A DNA stretch of 55,364 bases, filler included, from Trypethelium eluteriae (Eukaryota): NCBI GenBank assembly GCA_051942245.1. It is 2 parts of 2 records of this genome, joined end to end, with 100 filler letters (N's around TTAATTAATTAA, not from the genome) between each part and the next. Parts side by side here need not be neighbours in the genome. Positions count along the whole stretch, not along the records: positions 1 to 27,674 come from JAVECL010000328.1; 1 more part is not named here. The stretch is one strand, 5' to 3'. Numbering within the stretch: position 1 is the first letter of the stretch; every line of letters begins with the position of its first letter. Shown in pieces: positions 10,312-21,922 of this stretch. The notes beneath the pieces were generated by a model, which did no database searches, had not been told where the DNA came from, and saw only the letters and a list, made by a program, of their open reading frames with translations. Both the position numbers and the translations under genes were made by a program.

Positions 10312-11638
10312 AGATTGTCCTCCTGCCTTCCTTAGGGCGCTCAGACGAAGGAAACCCCCGATTCTGCATAGACCCCCTAAGTTTGATGCGATCTAGTACA
10401 ATTGCAAGATTGGGTGCCTACAAAGAACGAAACTTTGAACAAATTGTTGCTGCCATGTGCATGCCGCGAATCAGTACGCTGGTTTCGAGCTATGAGAGGT
10501 AGTCATAATGGTGTTATGGTGTTGGAGGAAGGAACAGAGTTCAGGCTATCGAGGCAGGCACCTACCAAGAATCCATGCCACTCATTCTGGCAGTCTCATC
10601 CCTACCGTGTATATAACTTCTAGATGCTAGATCCTCAGAATGATCATCATCCAGTTTCCTCACCAAATGGCTTATGACTGAAATTCATCGTGAGCTCAAA
10701 GCGTGCGTAGAGGTATGCTGGGAACACAAAATGAGCAAGTAGAAGCACTTGGTGAATGAGTGGTGGTCTCATTTGCGAATACTCTCCTCTCTCTTTCATC
10801 GTGTCTAAGAAGATCCAAATTCCAACCCAGTTTCGACTGAGAGTAAATCATTATGCACCTGGTTGTCATTAATTCTATATATGATACGTTCAAAGTCAAA
10901 GCTCTCTTCTTGATGCTTTGCCCCTCCGAAGGGAATTTAGAAAGCTTCTGGGTTTAAACTGCCAAAATCCAGAAAATACTTCAGATGTAAGGCATATAAA
11001 AACTTGGCATAGATCATCCATCCAAATTGACGTGTGAGTATCAAGTTGACAGAATCTTGAAGCTCTCATGCAGGCTACTGATCGCGATCTTGTAATTAGA
11101 GATATCAGCGGAAGTAGAGTTAAAATTACATACTTACCTTCAGAAGGAGTGCTACTATCGAGTGAAAAGCAAAAGTCATCAGCGCTAACTTGGAACCAAT
11201 GACCTCATGCAGGCATCGCTCGCCTCAAATGCTTGCCATGGACTCTTCTGTGTGGAGAATGAGGTGCGTCGCGAGGACCAACAAGGCACCGAAGGGGCTT
11301 GCATCTGCGAGAGAAAGTGAGCAGCCACTTTACCGGATGAAGCATGTAAGAGGCGATCCCAATATTGTGGCGGCCAAAGACGTGGTCACGGCGTTTCGTT
11401 TCCCATCGCTAGGCTGAGGCTCAGGTTGGCATTTAAATGGACTCGCTATCGAATCAAACATCGACATGCGATGCTCATTAGCAGCTCCAACTTCAAGTGT
11501 CTCTTGCGTTCACAGTGCATCATCATACGTACCTATTGCGTTACAGTCTCGTATTTTTCTTGTTGTCGAACGTCCATTGTATTATGCACTACGCATTTTC
11601 AACAAGTCAGTGTGAGAACCTAGGTCAAACTGCCGGCG

Positions 11639-14228
11639 ATGTCAAATTCGCCACTCTCCTCTCCCACCCATGCGACGAAGCGCAGAAGGGTTTGTTGGCC
11701 CCTAGCCGCTGGTCATGACCTACTACTAATGTCGGATGCAGGAGCGCAATGAATGGACCATTCTGGAAGCCGTCAAGAAAGTTAGGCGCAACAACAGGGT
11801 GAGTAAACTGATTCTACTGGAATGCATCTATCCTACACGCTACTAAAATAACCCGTAGATTCAGCGGATTCAAGCCACTTGGACAGGGATCACCATCAAC
11901 GAGGCGCAAGCTCTGTGCGGACCGTGCAAGTCTTTAGAGCTCACCCCAGACAAGTTCCTTATTCCCGACCGTTCTGAACGACCCTCGCCGGCCGAGGAAA
12001 CCCGATGGGACAGTGGACACTTCGCAGTAGGAATTGGCCCTGCACTCTGCGAATTGGGTACATTGAGGGATATCCGACGGAAAACGTTGCTGTGCTCCTT
12101 CTGTCGTCTGATCGTCAAATCACTGCAAGAGCAACCCAACTCAAGGCTACGGGCAATTGCCCATGGTCTCAAAGGTGGTGAAAATTTTCAAGAGGATGAT
12201 GCTGTATGTCTTGTAAGCTGGGTAATTGATGGAAGAGAGTATGTTCGCGACGAGCATAAGCGCATTGTCGCCACGCGGCCCCGAACGCGTAGGATTCGAG
12301 TCCATTGGAATGCCGACGGATTTGAGGATGTCTACATTGTCCTTGTGGCGGATACGCCAGAGGATCCAGCAGCTTTGTTTCGAGGAAGATATGCGAAGAG
12401 CGCAAATGAAAACATAGTGCTCATTAGAGAATGGCTCAGCCTCTGTCACGAGTACCATGGACAGCACTGCGAAGTTTCCAGGGCGAAGGAGTTTGAGGAA
12501 TTGGTTTCCATGCCCTACTTCTCTGTCATTGATGTTAAAGAAAGGCGCCTCTGCTCACTGCCCAAAGACAAGCGATACATCGCCCTTAGCTATGTGTGGG
12601 GCTTTGGTGACAAATTCAGGACGATGAGCGAGAATGTCGCGAAACTGCAAGAGCGTGGTGGACTAAGTAAAGTCTTCAAATGGCTTCCAAAGACAATTCA
12701 GGACGCTTTCAAGTTGGTCGAGTTGCTCGGGGAGCAGTATCTGTGGGTGGATAGTCTGTGCGTTGTACAAGACAAATATTTTCGTCACAATGCGGAGATC
12801 ATGGACTGGATTTTTGGTCATGCCCATCTTACTATTTGTGCTGCAGATGGAGACGATGCCGATGCAGGTTTGAAAGGCACTGATGCTTCTGAACGAATAT
12901 TTATCCAGCATATCGAGCGGTATGGCCCAGGTGTCGATCTGATGGTTTCCCACTTATCAGAGACGTACATAAAGCGATCGAAGTGGAACACCAGAGCTTG
13001 GACCTTTCAAGAACGATTGCTCTCTAAGCGTTGCTTGATTTTCACTGAAGGCAGAGTGTACTTTCACTGCCGATCTACTGCCATGTCAGAAGACATCAAA
13101 GCCGAACAGAAACAGGCTGGTTGGTCAGTCGAGCTCGTTCATGCGCCCTTTCAGCTATTGCGAGATATTCCCGGTCACTCTTGTCGAGTATACATGGACA
13201 CCGTCGAATTGTACACAGCTCGGTCACTCACTCATGAGGATGATATTCTTGCTGCGTTCTATGGCATTGGCAATACGATCAACAAGGCCATGGGTGCAAT
13301 TTCTTTATATGGGCTTCCGAACTCCCATTTTGACCTCGCTCTGCTTTGGCAACCTCAACAAGCGGCAAGACGTCGATGTCCGGAGAGGTTCCCCAGCTGG
13401 TCTTGGTGCGGTTGGAGCGGGTCTCGAATGGAATACAGATCAAGCTCACTCGCTGGCGTTCTTTTGAATGTATATGAATGGCTTACTCACCGAACGTGGA
13501 TAACCTGGTTCATTCGAGACGGACATGGGAGATGCCGCCTTGTATGGAACAGTGTCAAACAGAGATGCACCCAAAACGCGCCAGTCCAATACAGATGGAA
13601 AGGTTATGACGCCAACGTCACGGGAGCTTCCAACGAGCCATCGAGCAATATAGATGGTTTTGGCCGTGAGACTATTGTGGAAGACCAACACAAAGAGCAT
13701 TGGGGGTTTACTCGCTGCGAATTCATACAAAAACTTCCCAACGAATTTAATGTTAGCCTTTCGAATCCAGATAATACAGGTCCAGATCCTCGTTTCCACG
13801 ATATGCCGTACCTTCAATTCTTCACGTGGTCAGCTAGGCTGCGCTTGACACCAGATCGCGACCTTCGAACAGACCGTGCACCTGTCGGAAGGGGTCTTCG
13901 TCGCTTCAATATCTGCGATAGGAAAGATGACTGGTGCGGGACTATTATTCTAGATCGCAGTTGGTCTGGTGTTGCTGAGCCTGGCCGACAGCACGAGTTC
14001 ATCGCCATATCCTGGGCGAAGGACTTTTCCTATGATGAGCTTGCTAGCTGGAATTACTACATTCCCAAAGACAGAGAACAGTCTGAATGGGATTTGTACT
14101 ACGTGCTACTCATCGAGTATGATGAAAAACAGATTGCGCGCAGGGTTGGCGCTGGGAAAGTCTTCAGTGATGCCTTTTCGAACTCTTGTACTGGGGGAAA
14201 GCAGTGGAAGGAGATACTCCTCGGTTAA
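11639..14228 (+). CDS. HET-domain (heterokaryon incompatibility) protein, TOL/HET-6-like; probable introns 11690-11741 and 11799-11858
   Basis: HET motifs YIALSYVWG, LPKTIQDA, YLWVDSLCVVQD, WNTRAWTFQERLLS, followed by FPSWSWCGW. N-terminal CxxC motifs. Two short upstream exons splice in frame into the 12054 ORF. Confidence 0.85.
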
Positions 14229-14514
14229 CATAAACGAGAAAAGCAGAATCTCCGGAAATTATTGCAGCATTTACAGCTCGATGACAACTTACAGGAATAC
14301 CCTTTTCGCCCTCATCGCCCCCACGCCGAACTTATCTCAAATTCTCACCAATGACCCAAGTCTTCGGTATATATTCCACTTTTCTGGCGATAGCATTAAA
14401 CTCTCCTCTGATGACTAGATAGAAGGGTTATATTAATAGATACTAAAGGCTTTTACAACTTACGGCTAGCTCTGGGTGGGTAGGGAGGATTAAACAGCTA
14501 ATGGCTCCCACGTT

Positions 14515-16452
14515 TTGACCAGTATTTATGGATTTTGTATCGAGAAAATCAGTAGTCAAGAAATGCAGGACTCACTTGAATCCATGTATAACTGGTACCA
14601 GAGCACTGAAGTATGCGACGTGTCTCTTTCTGACGTCCCACGACGCAACTTTGAAGATAGTAGATGGTACAAACGAGGATGGACGCTTCAAGAGCTTATT
14701 GCCCCACGTCACAGTATCTTCTTCGATAGCACTTGGAAACGGATTGGAACAAGGGCTTCACTAGCAAAGATCATCTCCAAAATTACCGGAATAAGTGCTG
14801 GCCTTCTTCGTCGCTCTGGTGAGCTTGACGAGTTTACCATCGCACAGAGATTATCTTGGGCTGCCAATAGACAAACCACTCGCGTGGAAGATAGGGCTTA
14901 CTCACTGTTCGGTATCCTCGGTGTTAGCATCATTCCCAAATACGGCGAAGGCTTGAAGGCGTTCCAGAGACTTCAAGAGGAGATAATCCAAAGGTCAACC
15001 GATCATTCAGTCTTGGCCTGGTATGGCTGGAATGAGTTGCGTGACATCCTTGCAACTTCGCCTGACGATTTCGCGAAATGCGGCCACATTACTCGCCGAA
15101 GATACTTTGATGGCCGTCTAGGCACTTTCCAGATCAACAACGTGGGTTTGACCATCAACGTGGACTATTTTGAGCAGGAAGATTCCGGATATGATAAATA
15201 CGGACACGCAGTCTTGAATTGTCGAGATGATAGCTCTGCTCGACCAATCATTAGCCTTGGCGTGTTCGCCCCAGGAGACGAGCCCGGGGTATTTTATGTT
15301 ACTCGCCCGGTCAGGATCGAGCACTTGGAGGAGATGCGTGTGCTGGACAAGGCTCAACAGCGAACGGTACTTGTCAAGCGGCATCCTCCAGAGCAGAAAA
15401 TACATGAAGTAAGGACGGAGCTTAGAATTCAGTTCCATCATTTAGACTCGCGAAACGCATTGGATGTACTGGAGCACTATACAGAGGATTGGTCCTCCAG
15501 AGGCTCCACGTTTCGGCAACAAGAAGAATTCGACGCGACGGGAGCTTGGACCTTACGTCTTCTACACCGCTGTTACAGAATTGATGCACCCATTCTGGCC
15601 GGTGTTCGACTGCGGCATTCTTCTGGTGAAATTGCTTCATTACTCATCCAAGCAAGATCCAAGCGTTCTGGTGCGACCTCAAGGCATGGCTACCAATACT
15701 ACAGCCCTGCGAAATCCAGCAACGTTACAATGAGATTGATTCGAAATAAGAACAGCGAGCAAAGTCTAAAAGACCAATGCAAGTCATGGAAGAACAACAA
15801 TCCGAGCGTAGGTTCCGTACCGCCTATGTATACATCCCTGCGGCTGGACAAAGGAGGGACGCTTATTACGGAAGTCGATTCGGAAGACGCCATGGACGGC
15901 GAGGCCATCTGCGTCATTCGACTCGCGACTATGAGCTGGGTGCGGTGTGTCTATTCGATCCTGGAACAGAAGGCCCGGTTTTGGCTGGCGTGGGACCTCT
16001 GCGGGACAATTCTCTGCCCAGCAGAGTTCGGCGACTATCTCTCTCATGAACAACAAGTATTCTCATTCTGCTTGGGATTTGCCGTTGCTTGTGGTAAGTA
16101 TCACCCAAATCATTGGACCTTCTGGCCTGCTGTCGTGAGCGGTTCGTACATCATCCGTCTCCCGTATAATCCAGATATCCGTCTACCAAATCATCCAGAC
16201 TCTAGAAAGATAGAGGGGGTTTTCAACACGGCTTCACAGGGGCTGTGGTTCGGACTGAAAGCAAGGATACTCTGGGATGGATCAAATTGGAAGCTCGTGG
16301 GTTTAATGGCTCCGCTGGAATCATTCTATTTCAGGCGTCGTTTCCGGATCAAACATTTTGTGAACTCCCGATCTTTACCGGCCAGGTGTCGCGAAATCTT
16401 CCCTCTCCTCGTCTTGATGCTTTGTTGGCTTAAGTTGCATTCAATCCGGTGA
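14515..16452 (+). pseudogene. Second HET-domain gene (HET-E/HET-D-type N-terminal domain) with a damaged or truncated 5' end and a long intact downstream ORF
   Basis: SMYNWY, SRWYKRGWTLQELIAP, AQRLSWAANRQTTRVEDRAYSL, YGEG-KAFQRLQEEI. The expected Y-x-W-I-D-T-C-C-I-D-K motif is broken: YLWI (14523-14534) is out of frame with CIEK (14536+). No YAILSH motif is seen upstream. Confidence 0.7.
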
Positions 16453-18730
16453 AGTTAGGTACATGTTCGACAGTGGAGCCATGCCGGCCGCAGCCTTTGT
16501 CAAAAAAGAAGCAAGGCCAAGGTCAGCGTACTTGAGGCATACCCTCAAAAGCTCGAGTCTACTTGAGCCACAGGGATGCAAGAAAGTCACCGGTGATCCG
16601 AATTCGAGACAACCTTAAAGAAGCTCAGGTTTGCATGTAGTATCTGCAGCATTTGCGTGATTGAAATGAGAGTAGAAGCGTACCCAGGATATAGGCATGT
16701 CATGCACACCTAATCTTCTGTCTAATGACAAATTACTTACTGATCAGGTTTGTAGACAAAATGAGAGCCTAGCAAGCTAGGCGTGAGTACGGTAGTTTGC
16801 TCGAGCGTTGTCTCTGTGCTACCTGTCGGATTTATCCATTCCAGTTCTCTGATGCTGTGCTCAGGGTAGCCGTCAGAAAAAAAATTTCGACATATTGGCG
16901 GTCCAACGTGATCTGCGAGTCACCGCTAGAATGGTCGGAAACTAGAACGCTAGCTTCTCCTCAGTAGGTTATCGATAATACCCCAGATCGTAAGCCCAAA
17001 CGTGCGGGGAGTTGGTCAGATGCCTCGAAAACCTGAATCGTCTGCCTAGACGACAGTATCATTAGGAAAATGACCGCATTTGATGACCTTGAAACTGATA
17101 TTTTCGTCCACAACAACCGTCTCTCTGCCGTGGAGTTGCGGGTGATATTTCTGGAGCGGTGAGGAGAATTGTTTGGCCCCAACACCATAAGACTGAAAAT
17201 GATGAGGATTGTCAAGCGATGAAGGTCAATGGCGAACACTGCGATTCTGTTCGAGATGGAGAATATTCAACGTGGCAGAATCGGCGCTGTGGACTCTAGA
17301 TCGACCTATTTCCTTGAGTCATGTAAGGCCTAGATTATTCTGGCCAAAGTAGAAGTGTTAAGGCGATGATCGAGCATAAAGAGCCTGGATGCCTACATCA
17401 AAGCATTCAGGTCCAATAGATTCACACTAACCATCACGTTACGCAAGTGCCGGATTGGTAGTCAAACTAGATTTGCGCGACTCAGTAGCACTGTTGTAGC
17501 ACGCGACGTAGTGCAGGCTTGGTTCTGCAAGGCGTCATCCAGATTTACGCCGCCAGTAGATGTCATAACCTGGCGAGGAATAGGCACGGAAGGCTAGATC
17601 CCAGGGTTTGCTGCCGTAGAGTGTTCCCGTTCTCCATACAACCGCCACAACTTTGAGACATTTCGTTGATGGAACCTAGACGCTCAACAGTGGCGTCTAC
17701 AACGCGTCTTTCGGTCGTGACGTGGGCATTCTTGATAATTGTCTCACGCTGGTAGCCAGTCATCCAGGTCAGAAGGGTGACGCGTCTTGTGGGGTAATTC
17801 AGTCTTTCCAGCGGTGACGCTGATCATGAGATGGACATGAAATCCGGGAGACTCCCGTTGGTGTTGCTGCCGCTGGCTTGGCAGAATGTGAGACATGTGG
17901 AGGCAGATCAGAGCGGGCGCTGCCACAACTGAACCAGGAAAGCAGGGGCCCGTGGAGCACCGATGTCTTTGGATCCTCATCTGATGGCTGTCGCAGAATT
18001 GCTTTGCCCCGCAATCCGATTCGGCCGGCATCTTGTGGTAGTGCGGTTACTCTGAGCTTACTTTGCTTTGAGAGGCGGAGAGTTGGGATGATTAGGCGAC
18101 CAAGGGCAAGGAACCAACAACCCTTGAAAAGCAGGGACGACTCCATCGGCCCTTCCAAACGTTCAGCCGCCGAGGAGTTAGCGCTTCAAGTGGCACAGTA
18201 ATTGAGGATTTCAGGGTCCGCATAGACAGTCGCGGAGATGATCTACAGTTATCAAAGTTATCTGCCACCAGACCCGAGAATCTCTTAGAATGTTCCACGG
18301 CTTCCATCTGCACATCACTGTAACAGTGCAATTCTTCAGGTATATGCTGTGCATGTCTCGTAGGAAACAATACATCTGTCCAAGGTACCAATTGCTTGGT
18401 GTGAGCTGATAATGAAGCCGAGTGATGAATTGAGCGTGTAGCTTGAAGCTGAATTGGATTTTATCTTTGTTCAAGTACCACCAAAATCAATATGTAAGGT
18501 ATTCCATACAAAGTGTAGTCATCACGGCGACCGGCCGCCGATCACGAAAATTGCAGTGAAGGCCTGACGAGCTTTGCCTCAGAACTATAACGCCACGGCA
18601 AAATTTCTTTTGATCAATGCAATGAAGTGCTTCCCCTCCGCTGCGACCGCTTCTTGGGCCCCACTTTTGCTACATTTGCGAGTGGTTTCGAACGCGTAGC
18701 AATGCAACACCTCTTTGGTTGGAGGCGTTT

Positions 18731-18755
18731 GCATCAGCATCAGCATTAGCATCAG
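18731..18755 (+). repeat. Short (GCATCA)n hexanucleotide microsatellite
   Basis: gcatca gcatca gcatta gcatca g. Confidence 0.55.
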
Positions 18756-18908
18756 TGTTCCAACTGCCAGCCTCGCTTGCTCCTTAATATCTGCAGGTGC
18801 ATGAAGTACCGCTGCCACTTTGCTCCTTCCATAGGAGCAGACGGTGGAGGCGGAAATTAGACAAACTAATTGGGTTCCTTTCATTTTCCCCTTCCACTTG
18901 CAGCGCTT

Positions 18909-19900
18909 TCAGACCGGTAGTCCACTTGCAACCTTGTATAGCTCAAATGCAAGAGGGGCCAAATCCCGGACCGCAGCTTCCACTTCAGCCTTGACTGCGA
19001 GTCTTGGGTTCTCCCGAAAGCTCTGCAGGACGACGTCGCGCAGACCCCGATCTGTGTCGATCGTAGAGCAGTAAACCTCCTCCAGAGCATCAGGGAATTC
19101 TGCACAGTCCCAGTGCTGTGCAACCTGCACTTCGAACTTTCGTCGTGCAAGAGCTTTAAGCCCGGGAATATCGTATCTGTTTGTCGGGGGTTAGCTTGTT
19201 AAATCATTCAAGGTTGAAACTAGGCCTGCTACTCACTTGTCTGCAATGGCGTAGACTTTTGCGTGCAGAACCAGATTGGGCTCTTTGGTAGCCTGAACTG
19301 GATCAGAGGGCTCGAATTCGAAGTCTTCTCCTTCGTCCGAGGGTGATTGCGAAGATGAAGGAAATTCTGTGGGAGCTTGCAACTGCTTGCTTTCTGAATC
19401 ATCCTCCGGTGGGGTCAATGGCCGATCAGGATCGAACTGCGGAACTGGATTCGTTGCAGCGCAAGCCAACAATGGATCCTCAATCATAGAAAGGTTAAGC
19501 TTGAGTGAAGACGAGGCCCTCCTCCGTCTGCTTTGGCTAATCCTGCGGTGGGCGAAATTCAGAGACGTTCTCCTTTTGGGAAGGTTCAAGTAGTCAAGGT
19601 GATAAAAGTAGTCAACCATGTGCCTAACACATTCTTCGTCGTCTTCGCTGAGATCAATGACTCCAGTGGTTGATTCCTTGAATGGATGGTTGCATGCGCC
19701 TTCAAAGAAGCCAGATTGGGAACAAATGATGGCCTTATGGACAGCAAACTTCTGTTGTCCACATGAGACTGTTAAGTCGGAGTATTTGCCACCTTCCAGC
19801 AATCTATGGGGCTCATAAATTAGTAGCTGCAGTGCAGTGAGTTCACCTGTCGGACTTACGTAGCCATAGCGCGCATTAAATCGCTGTGCGATGCTTCCAT
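18909..19900 (-). CDS. BTB/POZ-domain protein; exons 19900-19860, 19803-19237, 19176-18909
   Basis: KYSDLTVSCG...FAVHKAIICSQSGFF...FKES...IDLSEDD...MVDYFYHLDY and HAKVYAIADKYDIPGLKALA; two GT-AG introns in frame. Confidence 0.9.
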
Positions 19901-21922
19901 TGATGTGACAGCGGTGATAGGGTTGAGATCAAATGAGTTTTCGAGTCGAGAGTGCGGTTATGAGTTTGATATGGTGATTGAAGCTTGAGATAGATGTAGG
20001 ATTTCTTCGAGAGAAATCTTGCACTTATATGATCGACTTGATGATTGACAGCTAGAGTTGGATTGTATGCCAAAACAAAGAGGCGGCCATCAAATTCTGG
20101 TACGCCTGGGCGCAGGGTCCTTAGATCCAACGGAACTACTTGACCAGCCTCAAAGGAGTGAGAGGTCAATTGCTGACGAAAGGCCTAAGTGAAGCAGAGC
20201 CTCGTTGTGGCTAAGCCTCTAAGCGGTGTACGTGTAGACGAATGTTTCCAATGTTTCTGGATGCTTTGCTAACCAGATTTTAGATGGGAGGAAGTTGTGA
20301 CTTGTGGTTTGTAAGAATTGAATATAGCACACTGTGCAGCAAACTGAAGGGGGAGGGGCGGTGGGTAAATATCATCAGCATCTCTGCTTGATGGAATTGC
20401 TTCTGCTGCCCCAAGCTCTAGATCCATGAATCCGCCTGTCCCAAAAGGGCTTTTTCTTGCACATTCATCCTGACGCGTCACAGGGCAACAACGGGCAGAC
20501 CCGAGATTGGCTGGACCAGTGGCAATTCGCATAAAGGTTACGGTGGCTTCGGTGGTAGGATAGCGTGGTGGCAGAAGTTGGAGCCAGCCCCAGACAGACG
20601 CTACGCATCTGGCGATCAGCAGAATGCGGCGGCCAAACAGTGACAGATGCGCAGGTCGGCACCCGACTATGAGACTTGCGACCGACACAAAGGCAGTTGC
20701 CGGCGAGAAGCGGGCGCCAGTTGATGACCAAGTGGATACGACGTGGTGATGGGGTTGAAGATGCTGTGGGGGAAACGTTCAGCCAGCCTGCAGCCAACTG
20801 CAGCCACTCCCACAGCGCGCAGACCACCGTGAGCTTATCCACCGCCCTGCGTCTGGAAGGTGGAAGGCTAAGAGATCGCTTAAGCGCGGAGCAGAAGCTC
20901 TGAATAGTAAAGCATGCTATGGCTCTAGGGAACTTTTGCATGAAGCCTTTTAATTTGAGGCGCAAGGGGAGAGCTGGCAGCCACTGCTTCGGTTTGACAG
21001 ACACACCCAGCCCCATCCAGAGCTATTGCGTAATTACACGGGCTCGACGGTGTATAGCTCTAAGATGATGAAGCGATCCAGATGAGGAATATGGGCGAAA
21101 ATAAAAGTATCCAGTATTTGGCCAGACCTTATTCATCTCGTTTGGAGGCATCCTCTTGCCAACCAGAGACGCCACCGGCATTCGTCGTACGAGCAAGCTT
21201 CGAGAATCGCCCGATATGACGGCAAAGTCCAACTCCTTTAGACTCTACGTTCACGCAGCTCCTTTGGATGTACCTTGGTTATGTGGTCAAGGTGCTACAA
21301 GAAAGTAGTGAATAAGTAGGACGTACGAGTGACTGCTCCATAGTACAGAAATGTGAGTACGGAGTAATTAACAAAGAGATGCGTGGTGGAGGCAGATGCT
21401 CCAAGCCCGCTATTCCCTTTCAAGATCGGTGCCCCACCTCCTCGCCTACAGCCCACCGGCACTGATGAGCACGTGCGAGAACTAACGTACCTTGAGGTAA
21501 ATTACTAACGTCACGAATTTCTTACCTCGTTCACCACAGCCAAAGTCGCGATCGAATCGGTGCTGGTAAAGGTTTTTCTCCTGGTCTTAAATTGACGGCA
21601 CCAAGCAGTGAGCTCTCGACAAAGACACTTTGCGCATACTTTGGTCCATCAAGCAGTCGGATCAGGAAAGGTATCATCACGGCTGTCTCGGGGACCAACC
21701 TGTCTGAAATTATTTGACACGCTTGGCTGGCCCTCCGGGGCATTGGACACTCATTTGACCTGTGACACTGCGTCGTTGCCGCAGTCACCTTTTACTTCCT
21801 AACCTCTACTTCTCCACCTACGTCAACTGGCACGCTATCTGGACAAGCCCAACCACACCACACTGGTATTGAGCTCATCGAAGAACGGGTTCGGCCGGCT
21901 ACATACATTGCTCTTGTTATTC

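Noticed and set aside
16961..18474. Cluster of short ORFs, including LEQNRSVR reminiscent of CorA-like C-termini
   Set aside because: No sustained frame, splice model or second motif; cannot be supported.
20269..21016. 139-aa and 183-aa ORFs upstream of the BTB gene
   Set aside because: Non-ATG starts and random-looking composition; most likely promoter or 5' region sequence.
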